A stretch of DNA of 64,000 nt, taken from positions 3,712,001 to 3,776,000 of the forward strand of contig OZ244207.1 in assembly GCA_965216875.1 (NCBI GenBank), given 5' to 3'. Numbering within the stretch: position 1 is the stretch's first letter; every line of letters starts with the position of its first letter. Shown here piece by piece: positions 19,767 through 28,900 of this stretch. This stretch comes from Rubripirellula sp. GTDB lineage: Bacteria > Planctomycetota > Planctomycetia > Pirellulales > Pirellulaceae. Under the pieces are notes generated by a model. The model was not told the origin of the DNA, did no database searches, and worked only from the letters and a program-made list of their open reading frames with translations. The position numbers and the translations under genes are program-made.

Positions 19767-21290
19767 ATGAAAAACTGCGTACGAGTTTCACTTTGTCTAG
19801 TTCTCTTGGCTTCATTCGGCATCCCGGCCAAAGCGCAGGATAACTTTCGATACCAACCCGATTGGGATTCAATCCGCAGCCGCTACAAATGCCCTGAGTG
19901 GTTTCGAGACGCAAAATTTGGCATTTTCGTTTTTTGGGGTCCAGCTTCGGTCCCCCAAGTCGCAAATGAGAAGTACGGCGCGTGGATGTACACAAAGGAC
20001 TATGCGCCTGCCGGCGTTCAAGTTCGAAAGTACCACGAACGTCACTTCGGTCATCAATCCAAGTTTGGCTACAAGGACTTCTTTCCTCGCTTCAAGATGG
20101 AGAAATATGATCCTGAAGCTTGGGTCGACCTGTTTGTAGAGTCGGGTGCTCGATACATCGTGCCCGTCGCCGAGATGCATGATGGGTACGCCATGTATGC
20201 CTCAAAGCACACGCGTTGGAACGTTGTCGATGTTGGTCCCAAACGCGACGTGATGCGAACGCTCGTGGACGCCGCGCGCGAGCGTGACTTGAAGGTTGGC
20301 GTATCCTCACACTACGCCCTCAATCGAGAGTTTTACCCCAAGTGGGACCCTACGTTTGATACCAACGACCCTGAATACAACGACCTGTACTGGAAACCGG
20401 TCGATCCCAAGGCATTGCCCACTCAAGAATTCCTCGACCACTGGTGGGACCGCACAACGGATATGGTCGAGCAGTACCAGCCCGACATTCTCTGGTTCGA
20501 CTTTGGCCTCGACAAACCCGGTTTTGAATCGGTGCACAAAAAGATCATGGCGTACTACTACAACAAAGGGTTGGAGTGGAACAAAGGAGTCGTGTTTCAA
20601 GACAAGAACATGCGCAACGAGTCCTTTCCCGAGGACTTAATGGTTCTTGATATTGAACGTGGTCGCCGCAGCGACACGAGCGAGCATCCCTGGCAAACCG
20701 ATACGGCCGTCGGCAAGATCTCATGGACGTGGGTCGTCAACGAAAACTACAAGTCCTCGGACTTCCTAATTGACGAGTTGGTCGACATCGTCAGCAAGAA
20801 TGGATGCCTGTTGCTTTCGGTGGGCCCCAAACCAGACGGGACGATTGGAGAAAACGAAACGAGGATCCTGAAAGACTTTGGCCAGTGGCTCGATATCAAC
20901 GGCGAAGTGATCTATGAAACACGTCCATGGAAGATTCATGGCGAAGGACCGGCGACGTTTGCAGAAGGAAAAACCAGGTTCAAGAACAAGCATCACACCG
21001 AATACGATGATGTCGAATCGGTTGCAGCTGACGTCCGCTTCACCAGCAACGGCGACACTCTGTATGCAACCTCGCTTGGTTGGCCCGACGATGGCACTTT
21101 TTCGATCGAGTCGCTTCGACAGGGCAACCCCTACGAGTCTCGAAAGATTGATACGGTCGAGTTCATCAGCGGCTCAAACGGCATCGAATGGGAACAGACC
21201 GATCAGGCGCTTGTCATCAAAACGGACGGAAAACCACCTTGCGAGGCGGCCTACGCTTTTCGAATCCGATTCGCCGGTGATGCGCAGTAA
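19767..21290 (+). CDS. Alpha-L-fucosidase, GH29
   Basis: WFRDAKFGIF, AEMHDG, ILWFD (nucleophile), DIERG, VSKNGCLLL and a signal peptide. Confidence 0.92.
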   Translation: MKNCVRVSLCLVLLASFGIPAKAQDNFRYQPDWDSIRSRYKCPEWFRDAKFGIFVFWGPASVPQVANEKYGAWMYTKDYAPAGVQVRKYHERHFGHQSKFGYKDFFPRFKMEKYDPEAWVDLFVESGARYIVPVAEMHDGYAMYASKHTRWNVVDVGPKRDVMRTLVDAARERDLKVGVSSHYALNREFYPKWDPTFDTNDPEYNDLYWKPVDPKALPTQEFLDHWWDRTTDMVEQYQPDILWFDFGLDKPGFESVHKKIMAYYYNKGLEWNKGVVFQDKNMRNESFPEDLMVLDIERGRRSDTSEHPWQTDTAVGKISWTWVVNENYKSSDFLIDELVDIVSKNGCLLLSVGPKPDGTIGENETRILKDFGQWLDINGEVIYETRPWKIHGEGPATFAEGKTRFKNKHHTEYDDVESVAADVRFTSNGDTLYATSLGWPDDGTFSIESLRQGNPYESRKIDTVEFISGSNGIEWEQTDQALVIKTDGKPPCEAAYAFRIRFAGDAQ

Positions 21291-21388
21291 CCATCGCTGG
21301 GGCACCGAACCACTCAATTGTTTTCGTACTCTAAAAAGGGTGCGATGCGCATGACCCGTGTTGTTCCCTTCTGCGGTGCCCGCTTGCC

Positions 21389-21718
21389 ATGAATCCGTCA
21401 GACATTCCAGCCCTCGGTCGCTTGGTCGACGACACAGAGAGACGACGCGACGCTGTGCATGTCGCGATCGCACCTGTCACTGCGGCACAACCGCTGCGCC
21501 CTGGTCAACACGTTGGACTCATCGAAGAAGGCAACACCGAACTCGTTGGCCCTTCGGAGAGTCCTATCGGAATCGTCGATCCCTTTCTGACCGACGAGAT
21601 TCGCTCGGGCCAGAGAATCTGGTTGTTGCTCTATCCCGACTCTGTCACCGGAATGCGACACATTTGGACACATCCAGCCTTCTCAGCTGCCGCTGCCAAA
21701 GCGCGGGTGATGAAATGA
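21389..21718 (+). CDS. Hypothetical protein, phage-like
   Basis: RDAVHVAI...PGQHVGL...GIVDPFL...WLLLYP..VTGMRH.WTHPAF. Stop overlaps the next ATG. Confidence 0.7.
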   Translation: MNPSDIPALGRLVDDTERRRDAVHVAIAPVTAAQPLRPGQHVGLIEEGNTELVGPSESPIGIVDPFLTDEIRSGQRIWLLLYPDSVTGMRHIWTHPAFSAAAAKARVMK

Positions 21719-22203
21719 CAAGCAACGAAGAAAAAGCCTTTCTCTCAGCGATCGACGCTGAACCGAACAACTACCAGTTACGTTACATCTACGCCGACTG
21801 GCTTGACGAAAATGGCGACCACGAGGAAGCCGATCGTCAGAGAAAGTACGAACACTCGCTGATGCGACTGCGACAAATCGCGATTGACAATGAATTGGGC
21901 TGGGTCGAAACGCTCGAGAGTCTCGAAAGGGCAGAGGAGAGTCCCGACGGCTATGAGCGTTGGGAGCAGGGATACGTACGAAAAGAAGATGACCAATACG
22001 CGTACGAGTCCAACCCGCTGGTGCAATTGATCTACTTCCTCGAGCGTCATCTCGACAGCGACAGTTTCTACTTGCCCTTCGAAACACCGTATGGGTTTCA
22101 ATACAGCGAAGAAATGTGGCAGTGCTATGAAATCGTGACAGGAAAACCGTCGCCTAGGAATGAGTACCGCAGCGAGATGCCTCCCTTTCGCTGCTCCTGC
22201 TAA
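21715..22203 (+). CDS. TIGR02996 domain-containing protein
   Basis: EKAFLSAIDAEPNNYQLRYIYADWLDENGD at the N-terminus and FRCSC at the C-terminus. True start at 21715 lies within ORF 21358..22203. Confidence 0.8.
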   Translation: MTSNEEKAFLSAIDAEPNNYQLRYIYADWLDENGDHEEADRQRKYEHSLMRLRQIAIDNELGWVETLESLERAEESPDGYERWEQGYVRKEDDQYAYESNPLVQLIYFLERHLDSDSFYLPFETPYGFQYSEEMWQCYEIVTGKPSPRNEYRSEMPPFRCSC

Positions 22204-22282
22204 GAGGGCGCAGCGGATGGGGTAACGAATCCCGCCGCGTGTAAAAAGCGCGTCTAGCCGCCCGTGTTGTCACAATCCAAGA

Positions 22283-22470
22283 AAGGCCCGACGCAAGCGT
22301 GTTCGGCTCACAGAAGGTGCACCACGCTCTGGCGAGCGCAGCTACGCTCGGTGCAAGGCCCGGCCGCTCACGCGATCGCGGCTCACAGGCCTCCGCAGCA
22401 AATTTCAGCCGCTGAGCGATCGCTCGCGGTTTGAGATGACGAAAGGACTCGTAGCCTCGTCCACTACAGT
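22283..22470. repeat. Cluster of REP-like palindromes
   Basis: AAGGCCCGACGCAAGCGTGTTCGGCTCAC and AAGGCCCGGCCGCTCACGCGATCGCGGCTCAC between convergent genes. The same family recurs across the window. Confidence 0.75.
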
Positions 22471-22484
22471 CCAGCCGGTTCGAT

Positions 22485-23252
22485 CTACTTTGATTCCTTC
22501 AGTGACTCGATCTCTTGCTCAATCTTGTCGAGGCGACTGAGAATCGCATCGAGCTTCTCGGACAGCGATGCGTCGAGTTTTTCCGACGACGACGTGTCGA
22601 TGTCAGCATTCTCGCTCGTCACATTCTTTCGTTTTTGAAGCACACGTTTCCGCAACATCTTGGGCAATCCTTCCAACGCCTCTTCATTGATGTCGACTTC
22701 GCCGATTTTGAATTCTTGCTTTTCGCCGTCAGGTCCGATCACGATCATGCGCCCCCCCGTCGCTTTCACGGAGATTTCACCAGCGGCTCTCATTGCCTTT
22801 TCGACTTGTTTGCGAGCGTCCTCGGGAAGATGTTTGAAGGCTTCTGAAAAGTGAGCGTCGTGGCCGAGTTTGAAGACCTTTTTGTCTCCATCCGCATCAA
22901 TGACAAGTCCTTGGCCAAGCATGACTTTCTTTGACGACAACTTCATCGCCTCTTCAACGCGTTGACGCACCTCCTCGGGGAGCTTTTCGAGGAATTCGTG
23001 CTTGCCTTTGGGGTCACCGAACTTGAATTCTTTTTTCGTGCCGTCGGGCCCAATGATGACAGCCTGCCCCATCACCTTCGTTTCGAGTTTGGGATCGCTC
23101 TTCTTGTCTGATTTCGTTTCGACCTTTTGAACAATGATCTGCGACTTGGTGACCACTGCATTCTCTTTTTCTTCGGCGCCCTCATCAGCCGTTGCGAAAC
23201 CGCTGCAACCGACGACCAAGCCCAATGAAAGATTCAGCAACAAACGTTTCAC
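22485..23252 (-). CDS. Secreted protein with three internal ~48-aa repeats and a C-terminal coiled coil
   Basis: GTG start with GGAG RBS, signal peptide, and repeats VIIGPDGTKKEFKFG / LVIDADGDKKVFKLG / IVIGPDGEKQEFKIG. Confidence 0.8.
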   Translation of the reverse strand: MKRLLLNLSLGLVVGCSGFATADEGAEEKENAVVTKSQIIVQKVETKSDKKSDPKLETKVMGQAVIIGPDGTKKEFKFGDPKGKHEFLEKLPEEVRQRVEEAMKLSSKKVMLGQGLVIDADGDKKVFKLGHDAHFSEAFKHLPEDARKQVEKAMRAAGEISVKATGGRMIVIGPDGEKQEFKIGEVDINEEALEGLPKMLRKRVLQKRKNVTSENADIDTSSSEKLDASLSEKLDAILSRLDKIEQEIESLKESK

Positions 23253-23352
23253 AACATTCTCCAAATTGGAAAGTGGATGCGCGCAAGTCGATCTTGCACG
23301 ACAGGGATCGTGTTTTGGTTCGTGGATAAAGCGTCGAGATGCAACTCAAACG

Positions 23353-24006
23353 CTATGGATGATGGGCAACAAAGGAGACATTGCGATGGGGCACAACATA
23401 CTGTTCTCCTTGCTGGCCCTGAATGACGTAGATCACCGGTTCTTCATTGACGGTGTATCCGTGGTCGGCAAAAAAGCCTCTTGATTGCTGGTCAAAAAGC
23501 GGCGCGAACATTCGATCCATGGGATCAAGTCCAACGGTGTCAAAATCACCACCCTCGCCAAACGAATCTCTTGATCCATGCGACTGGACATTCGGGCCCC
23601 GAGATTCTGCGACCTCATTACCCGGACCGTGCGTCAACAAAATCGTGTAGTCCTGATCTCGATCACTCGCTCCCACAGGCTCGAGCGCACCAACACTCGC
23701 ACGGCCGGCCCAAACTGCGGCCCCCATCAGCAGCACAAACATCGCCGCTAGCGAGACCACTTTCGCGATCGGCCAAGCGGTGCGACGGTCTTGCGCTGGG
23801 CTCGCCGGCAACGCCTCAAGTGCTCGCTCGTCAAAAACCGCTGCGAGTTCACTTCGCAACACCTGTTCTTCGACGAATGCCAGAGCGATGTTCCGCCAAT
23901 TCTCGGGGTGGTTCTCGGCCTGCTGCAACAACAGCGCACGTTGCTCGTCCGAAAGACTCCCATCGATCAGTCGCTGCAAACCATGTTGGTCGATAAGGTC
24001 ATTCAT
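23353..24006 (-). CDS. Putative single-pass anti-sigma factor
   Basis: LQRLIDGSLS...WRNIALAFVEEQ N-terminal domain plus one TM. Overlaps the ECF stop codon. Confidence 0.7.
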   Translation of the reverse strand: MNDLIDQHGLQRLIDGSLSDEQRALLLQQAENHPENWRNIALAFVEEQVLRSELAAVFDERALEALPASPAQDRRTAWPIAKVVSLAAMFVLLMGAAVWAGRASVGALEPVGASDRDQDYTILLTHGPGNEVAESRGPNVQSHGSRDSFGEGGDFDTVGLDPMDRMFAPLFDQQSRGFFADHGYTVNEEPVIYVIQGQQGEQYVVPHRNVSFVAHHP

Positions 24007-24526
24007 ATTCACTCCCATCGATTCGTCGCAACTCATTTCGCAAGAGCCGCTTCGCGCAAGTGAGCCGGTACTCGACCGCTCGCTCGCCCAGATCATACCT
24101 CTGGCTAATTTGTTTGTAGGTCCAATTCCGCACGTACTTCAGTAATAGGATTTCTCGATCCGTCGGCGGCAACTGATTCATCGCGGTCGTCAGCAGGTGA
24201 CGCTTTTCCGTTCTGAGAATCCAATCAACATCATCGCCGACCGGTTCGTCGGCATCCGTCCATGGCTCGCCACTCGAGCATTGCTGGCGATACTGACGCC
24301 GAAAATGATCGGCAACACGTCGCACCACCGCCTGATACAACCACCCGCGCAGGTTCGCATTGTCTTCAAGAGACGGGTCCTGCCGAACGACCGACAGGAT
24401 GATGTCCTGAACGACATCTTCCGCGGCATGCGGGTCATCGAGTCGATCGAGCGCAACCCGCACCATCCACTCGCGGTGGAGCGGCAATTCCGCTTCCCAA
24501 TCGATCGTCCGTGTTGAGGTACTCAT
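23999..24526 (-). CDS. ECF sigma-70 factor
   Basis: AAEDVVQD, LRGWLYQAVVRRVAD, LP..DREILLLKY...TYKQI. Confidence 0.92.
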   Translation of the reverse strand: MSTSTRTIDWEAELPLHREWMVRVALDRLDDPHAAEDVVQDIILSVVRQDPSLEDNANLRGWLYQAVVRRVADHFRRQYRQQCSSGEPWTDADEPVGDDVDWILRTEKRHLLTTAMNQLPPTDREILLLKYVRNWTYKQISQRYDLGERAVEYRLTCAKRLLRNELRRIDGSEYE

Positions 24527-24627
24527 GGCGTTCTAACGTGATAGTCGTTTCACAAACGCCGGTCCCCAACGAATTCTCGAAAAAACCAAAAAGTTCCCGT
24601 TTCCCTCGTGAATTCGGGACGAAATGG

Positions 24628-24933
24628 TCAATCATCGGCAGCTGCCGCCACCTGCATACAGCGCAGCACAAGATCACAAACGCGCCCAAAACGCGGGCGT
24701 TTGAGATCGGCATCGAAGAGCAAGTATTCCGATCGATCGAGTACTTGTCGGCCAGCTAGCCAGTAAGCAGTCAGGCGATGATGCCCGTCGTTCACTTGAC
24801 AGTACCCGCGTTGATCGACCGCGATCTCGATCCGAGGAAGAGGATCGCCTTCCTCGATCGATTGAATCATGGACTGAAGTTGGTTGACATTTCGCAGCTT
24901 ACGCTGAGAGACAAAGAGTTCGTTGATTTGCAT
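24628..24933 (-). CDS. Small ParB/sulfiredoxin N-terminal-domain protein
   Basis: SIEEG.PLPRIEI......QVNDGHHRLTA and a GGAGG RBS upstream. Confidence 0.7.
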   Translation of the reverse strand: MQINELFVSQRKLRNVNQLQSMIQSIEEGDPLPRIEIAVDQRGYCQVNDGHHRLTAYWLAGRQVLDRSEYLLFDADLKRPRFGRVCDLVLRCMQVAAAADD

Positions 24934-25199
24934 TGGTACACCTCCGGGCGAAAGCCGAAGGAGGACCAGCGCGAACTCGTTTCGAGGTGTGGGCGGGAAA
25001 CATGATCTTCAACACACTACTGGGGAATGCGGTAATGGTGGCACATCGTGTGGACCAGAAGACACCAATCGCAGTTGGCGGTTCGCGCAGACAAACAGAA
25101 TGCGAATCGAGAGAAGATGCGTCCTAAAAACAACAGCACCGCACGACGTGGGCCGCCACCAAGCGAGACGGCCAGCAGTGTTCAGAAAGAAGTCCCGAG

Positions 25200-25781
25200 C
25201 TAGGCCTCGTTGCCCGACCGGCGCCGTCGATGCAGGTACCAACACCCACAGGCGACAACGCAAAACGCAAACATCGATGGCTCAGGAACGGCTGCAACGG
25301 TGACGACATCGGCAACCGACTGTGTCGCATTGCTCGCGCTCACCGGGATTGCGTTCAACTGAGTCTCGTCGAAATTCGCGCTGAACGGAGGAATGATGGC
25401 AATGCCCCATCCCGGTGTGGATTGAGGGTTTCCTGCGGGACCGTTTTGCCATGTGATTTGGTCACGATTCTGCTGAGCAAGAAAGCCCCAGTTGGAGCCA
25501 ATAGTTCCATCCCAGTCGTCAGGAACGTCAAAAGGCGCCATCGTGTCATCAACTGCAACCCAGGGCAGCATGCCACTAAGGACTGGCACGAAGTGTGTGT
25601 TGCCACCGGGGTTCTCTTCCCAAGTCAAAAAGGTGAGCTGGTCGGTCCCCGTATCGACGCGCGCCGTGAAATGAACACCATCGAAATCGTTGAAGTCGAT
25701 ATGGAACACCGTCGCTGCGAAGGTGCTCGTGGAAGAGAGGCCTAAGAAGAAGAGTGTTGAAAGCGTCACAAAACGGTTCAT
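25200..25781 (-). CDS. PEP-CTERM sorting-domain protein
   Basis: Signal peptide, then C-terminal VPEPS, a hydrophobic helix and RRRR. Confidence 0.88.
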   Translation of the reverse strand: MNRFVTLSTLFFLGLSSTSTFAATVFHIDFNDFDGVHFTARVDTGTDQLTFLTWEENPGGNTHFVPVLSGMLPWVAVDDTMAPFDVPDDWDGTIGSNWGFLAQQNRDQITWQNGPAGNPQSTPGWGIAIIPPFSANFDETQLNAIPVSASNATQSVADVVTVAAVPEPSMFAFCVVACGCWYLHRRRRSGNEA

Positions 25782-25955
25782 GTTCTCACCCCGAACTCAA
25801 GGTTCACTCGGTCAACAACACCACTTGCCACACTAACGAAAGGACGAGCCTCACTGGGAGAAAAATTCTCCCCACCGAGAATTTTCACCCAAGTTTGTCA
25901 GGCCTATCTGGAAGGGTGTGCGCGATGCATTTGAACACCATTTGCCGGCTGAGAG

Positions 25956-28900
25956 TCAAAACGAAAAAGGATCGTTCTGTTCGGCAAGTAGCTGATCTAC
26001 ATGCTTCGGCTCGATGCGAGCTGGACGCGGCTCAACGGAAACATCTCTTGGCTCCGCTGACGTTGGCTGGGCGGCGAATGCTTGTGCTCGATCAGCGGCA
26101 GCAAAAGTCGTTGTCTGAACAACCGAATCGACTGACTGCGTCTCGGCATCGCCACGCACACTCGGACCCTCAACCGGGCTCCACTCGATTTGCTCTGCTT
26201 CCGGTGGCGGCAACTCCGTGCGAGCGAGTTCATTGATACAACGCAACGCGTCGAGCGCCGTGATCAAATCGTCGCCCGTCACATCGAAAAAGTCGCCAGA
26301 AAATCCACCGCCACTGCGAACTCCGTCGAGTTGCATCGGATCGATCACGCGTCCGCTCGGTTCCGAGAATTGGCGGCGGGCCAATTCATTGATCACGACC
26401 AAAGCATCGTTGGCCGTGACGCCACCGGAACCATTGACATCCGTCGAAAGAATCAGATTCTGGTACGGAAAGGCCAAATCAACCATCACTGTCGTCTCGT
26501 TGAAGCCGATCACTCGATAGTATTCTTGATCGATTTCCGACGGCAGCATTTTCCAGTTCGACGAAAACTCAACGATCGTCGCCATCCCTTCAACGATGCC
26601 GGTTTCGAGAGTGAGCATTTCCAGTGGAATGTCTGAAGAGCGAATCCGAAGTGTCGAATTGCGTGCATCGACAAGGTTGACCTGGATCGAACTCAATCGA
26701 TCCAACCCAGCATCAAAGAACAGGTCACCTTGCGAGTGCACCCTGATCGAGTTGCCAATGGAAACGGTCGCCTCCTTTGACAGTGGTCCAACGACCACGT
26801 TCGCATCGTCTTCGGCAACCAACTCGACCCAATGATCTTCGACCTCACCATCGTCGGCAGTTCCCGTAGGATCGAGGTCGCCCTCACTTGAAAGCCGAAA
26901 CCGAGTCGCCGTTCCACCAACGGACGCTCCGCTGGGGACCGCGAAGCCTACGATGTTTTCTCCTGCGGTCACCTCGAACGAAACAACTATCTGTTCTCGT
27001 TCGTCGTCCCAGTCGCCGTCGCGATTGAAATCGACCCACGCGTCAAGTTTGCCCGCCTCTGAGGCGGTGACGAGAAAACTCGATGTCGCTTCCATGTCGT
27101 CGGAAATGACAACTGTCGCAATCGACACAACGCCGTCTTCGTCATCTTGCTGGTCATCGCCGCTGACCCCACCCACCCCAGCAAAGTCACCGGGCTGGCC
27201 ATCAATGTCCGAATCGACCATCGTTCCCAGATGCAGATCGCTTACCAGGTGGCTGGCGCCGTCATCGGCGATGGTCACCGGGTAGTCCTTCGCAAAACCG
27301 GATTGATCAGCGCTCGGTGCGTCACCGAAATCAAACGCTGCCAGCACGGTCACAACCACAGGCTTTGTGCCGGTTTGGTTGCCCGCTGAATCCTCGGCGA
27401 AAACCTCGATCACCTGTTCGCCGACGCCAAGAATCTCAGGCCCCGTGATGTAAACAACCGGCGATGGGTCCGCGATGTCAATAGCAGTGATGTCGTCTTG
27501 CAATGCCCGCAACAGATCCTTTGTCGGAATTCCGCTTGGCGCGGTCGCCTTGATTTCGAAGCTCGCGGGGACGGTAAGCCTAGGCGGAATCGTATCGACG
27601 ACCTCTATCGATGATTCGTTACCCCCGACGTTTTCCGCGCCGTCATGCGCCGTAAACACCACCGTCGTTGTACTCAGCGGGAAGAACTCCGGAGCATTGT
27701 GTTCAACGGGAAGATCACCAAACACGATGTCGTACGCGCGAGCATCGCTCAGCCACTTTTTGATGCGAGGATGGTCTGCCGGGGCCCCACCAAACTCACT
27801 TGCTTCCACAACGATCGGCTCTCGCACAAAGACTTCCGGAGGCGTTGTGTCGATGACCGTGATCGTGGACGTGCCTGAACTCGAGTTATCCGACTTGTCG
27901 GTCGCCGTGAACGTGACGGTCGATTCTCCGAGAGGTATCGTTTCTGGCAAATCAGTTTCGACCGGCACATTACCATCATGAATGTCCGTTGCCTTCGCTT
28001 GGGCAACCCATATTCGCACAGCCGTGTTAGTCCGTTGCACTCCACCAAGCGTATCGCCTTCGACGGTAAGCCCTTCACCGGGCACTTCCAGGTCAGGAGG
28101 AGTCGTGTCCCTTACATGAGCGAACGGACTTTCCTCACCGGCGTTGCCATTACGATCGAATGCTCGAAAGATCACCTCGTGCGTACCGAGCGGCAGAGTG
28201 GCTTCCAAGTTGTGTGTGACCAGTACGTCCCCGTCGACAATATCGTAGGCGGTTGCACGTGCGAGCCAATTCGCCAGTTCTCCTGACTCGTGGTTGGCGC
28301 CCCCAATCGTGTCGGCTTCAAAAGACCCTGAATCGGGCGCGGTGATGACGGGAGGCGTTGTATCGACCACCGTAACGACAGACGATTGGGTCGTTGTATT
28401 GCCCGCTTCATCGCGGGCCGTGAAAATGGCCTCCGCGCTTTGGTTGACGGCAATGAATTCAGGAACCTCAACGATGATCTCGACATCATCATCGAGATTG
28501 TCTGTTGCCATTGCAAATTCAACGAGCATTGACGCAACGATGTCAGCGCCGCCCTCCACGTTGCCTTCGATCAAAACCGGATCTTGGATTTCCAACTCTG
28601 GTGGCGTCGTATCGACAATGACCGAGTAGACGTTTGACGCAAGGTTTCGGTTGCCTGCCAAATCGGAGGCTTGGTCTTGTGGTAGGCCGACGGTCACCAC
28701 GCCATCGTTTTCTGCGGTGATGACTGCGGTCAAGTTTCCATCGTCGTTGACCGTCAGATCGGTCATCGTCCCGCCGGCAACGTCAAACTCGCACATTCGC
28801 ACGTCAAACACAGTCTCACCAAAGTCAACGGTGATCTCGAACGGATTGTCGGCGGTGGCACCCTCGGGACCTGTAATCAAAGGGGTCGGGCGGTCGCTAT

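Noticed and set aside
21358..21714. N-terminal extension of ORF 21358..22203
   Set aside because: It overlaps the better ORF 21389..21718 in another frame. The real start is the coupled ATG at 21715.
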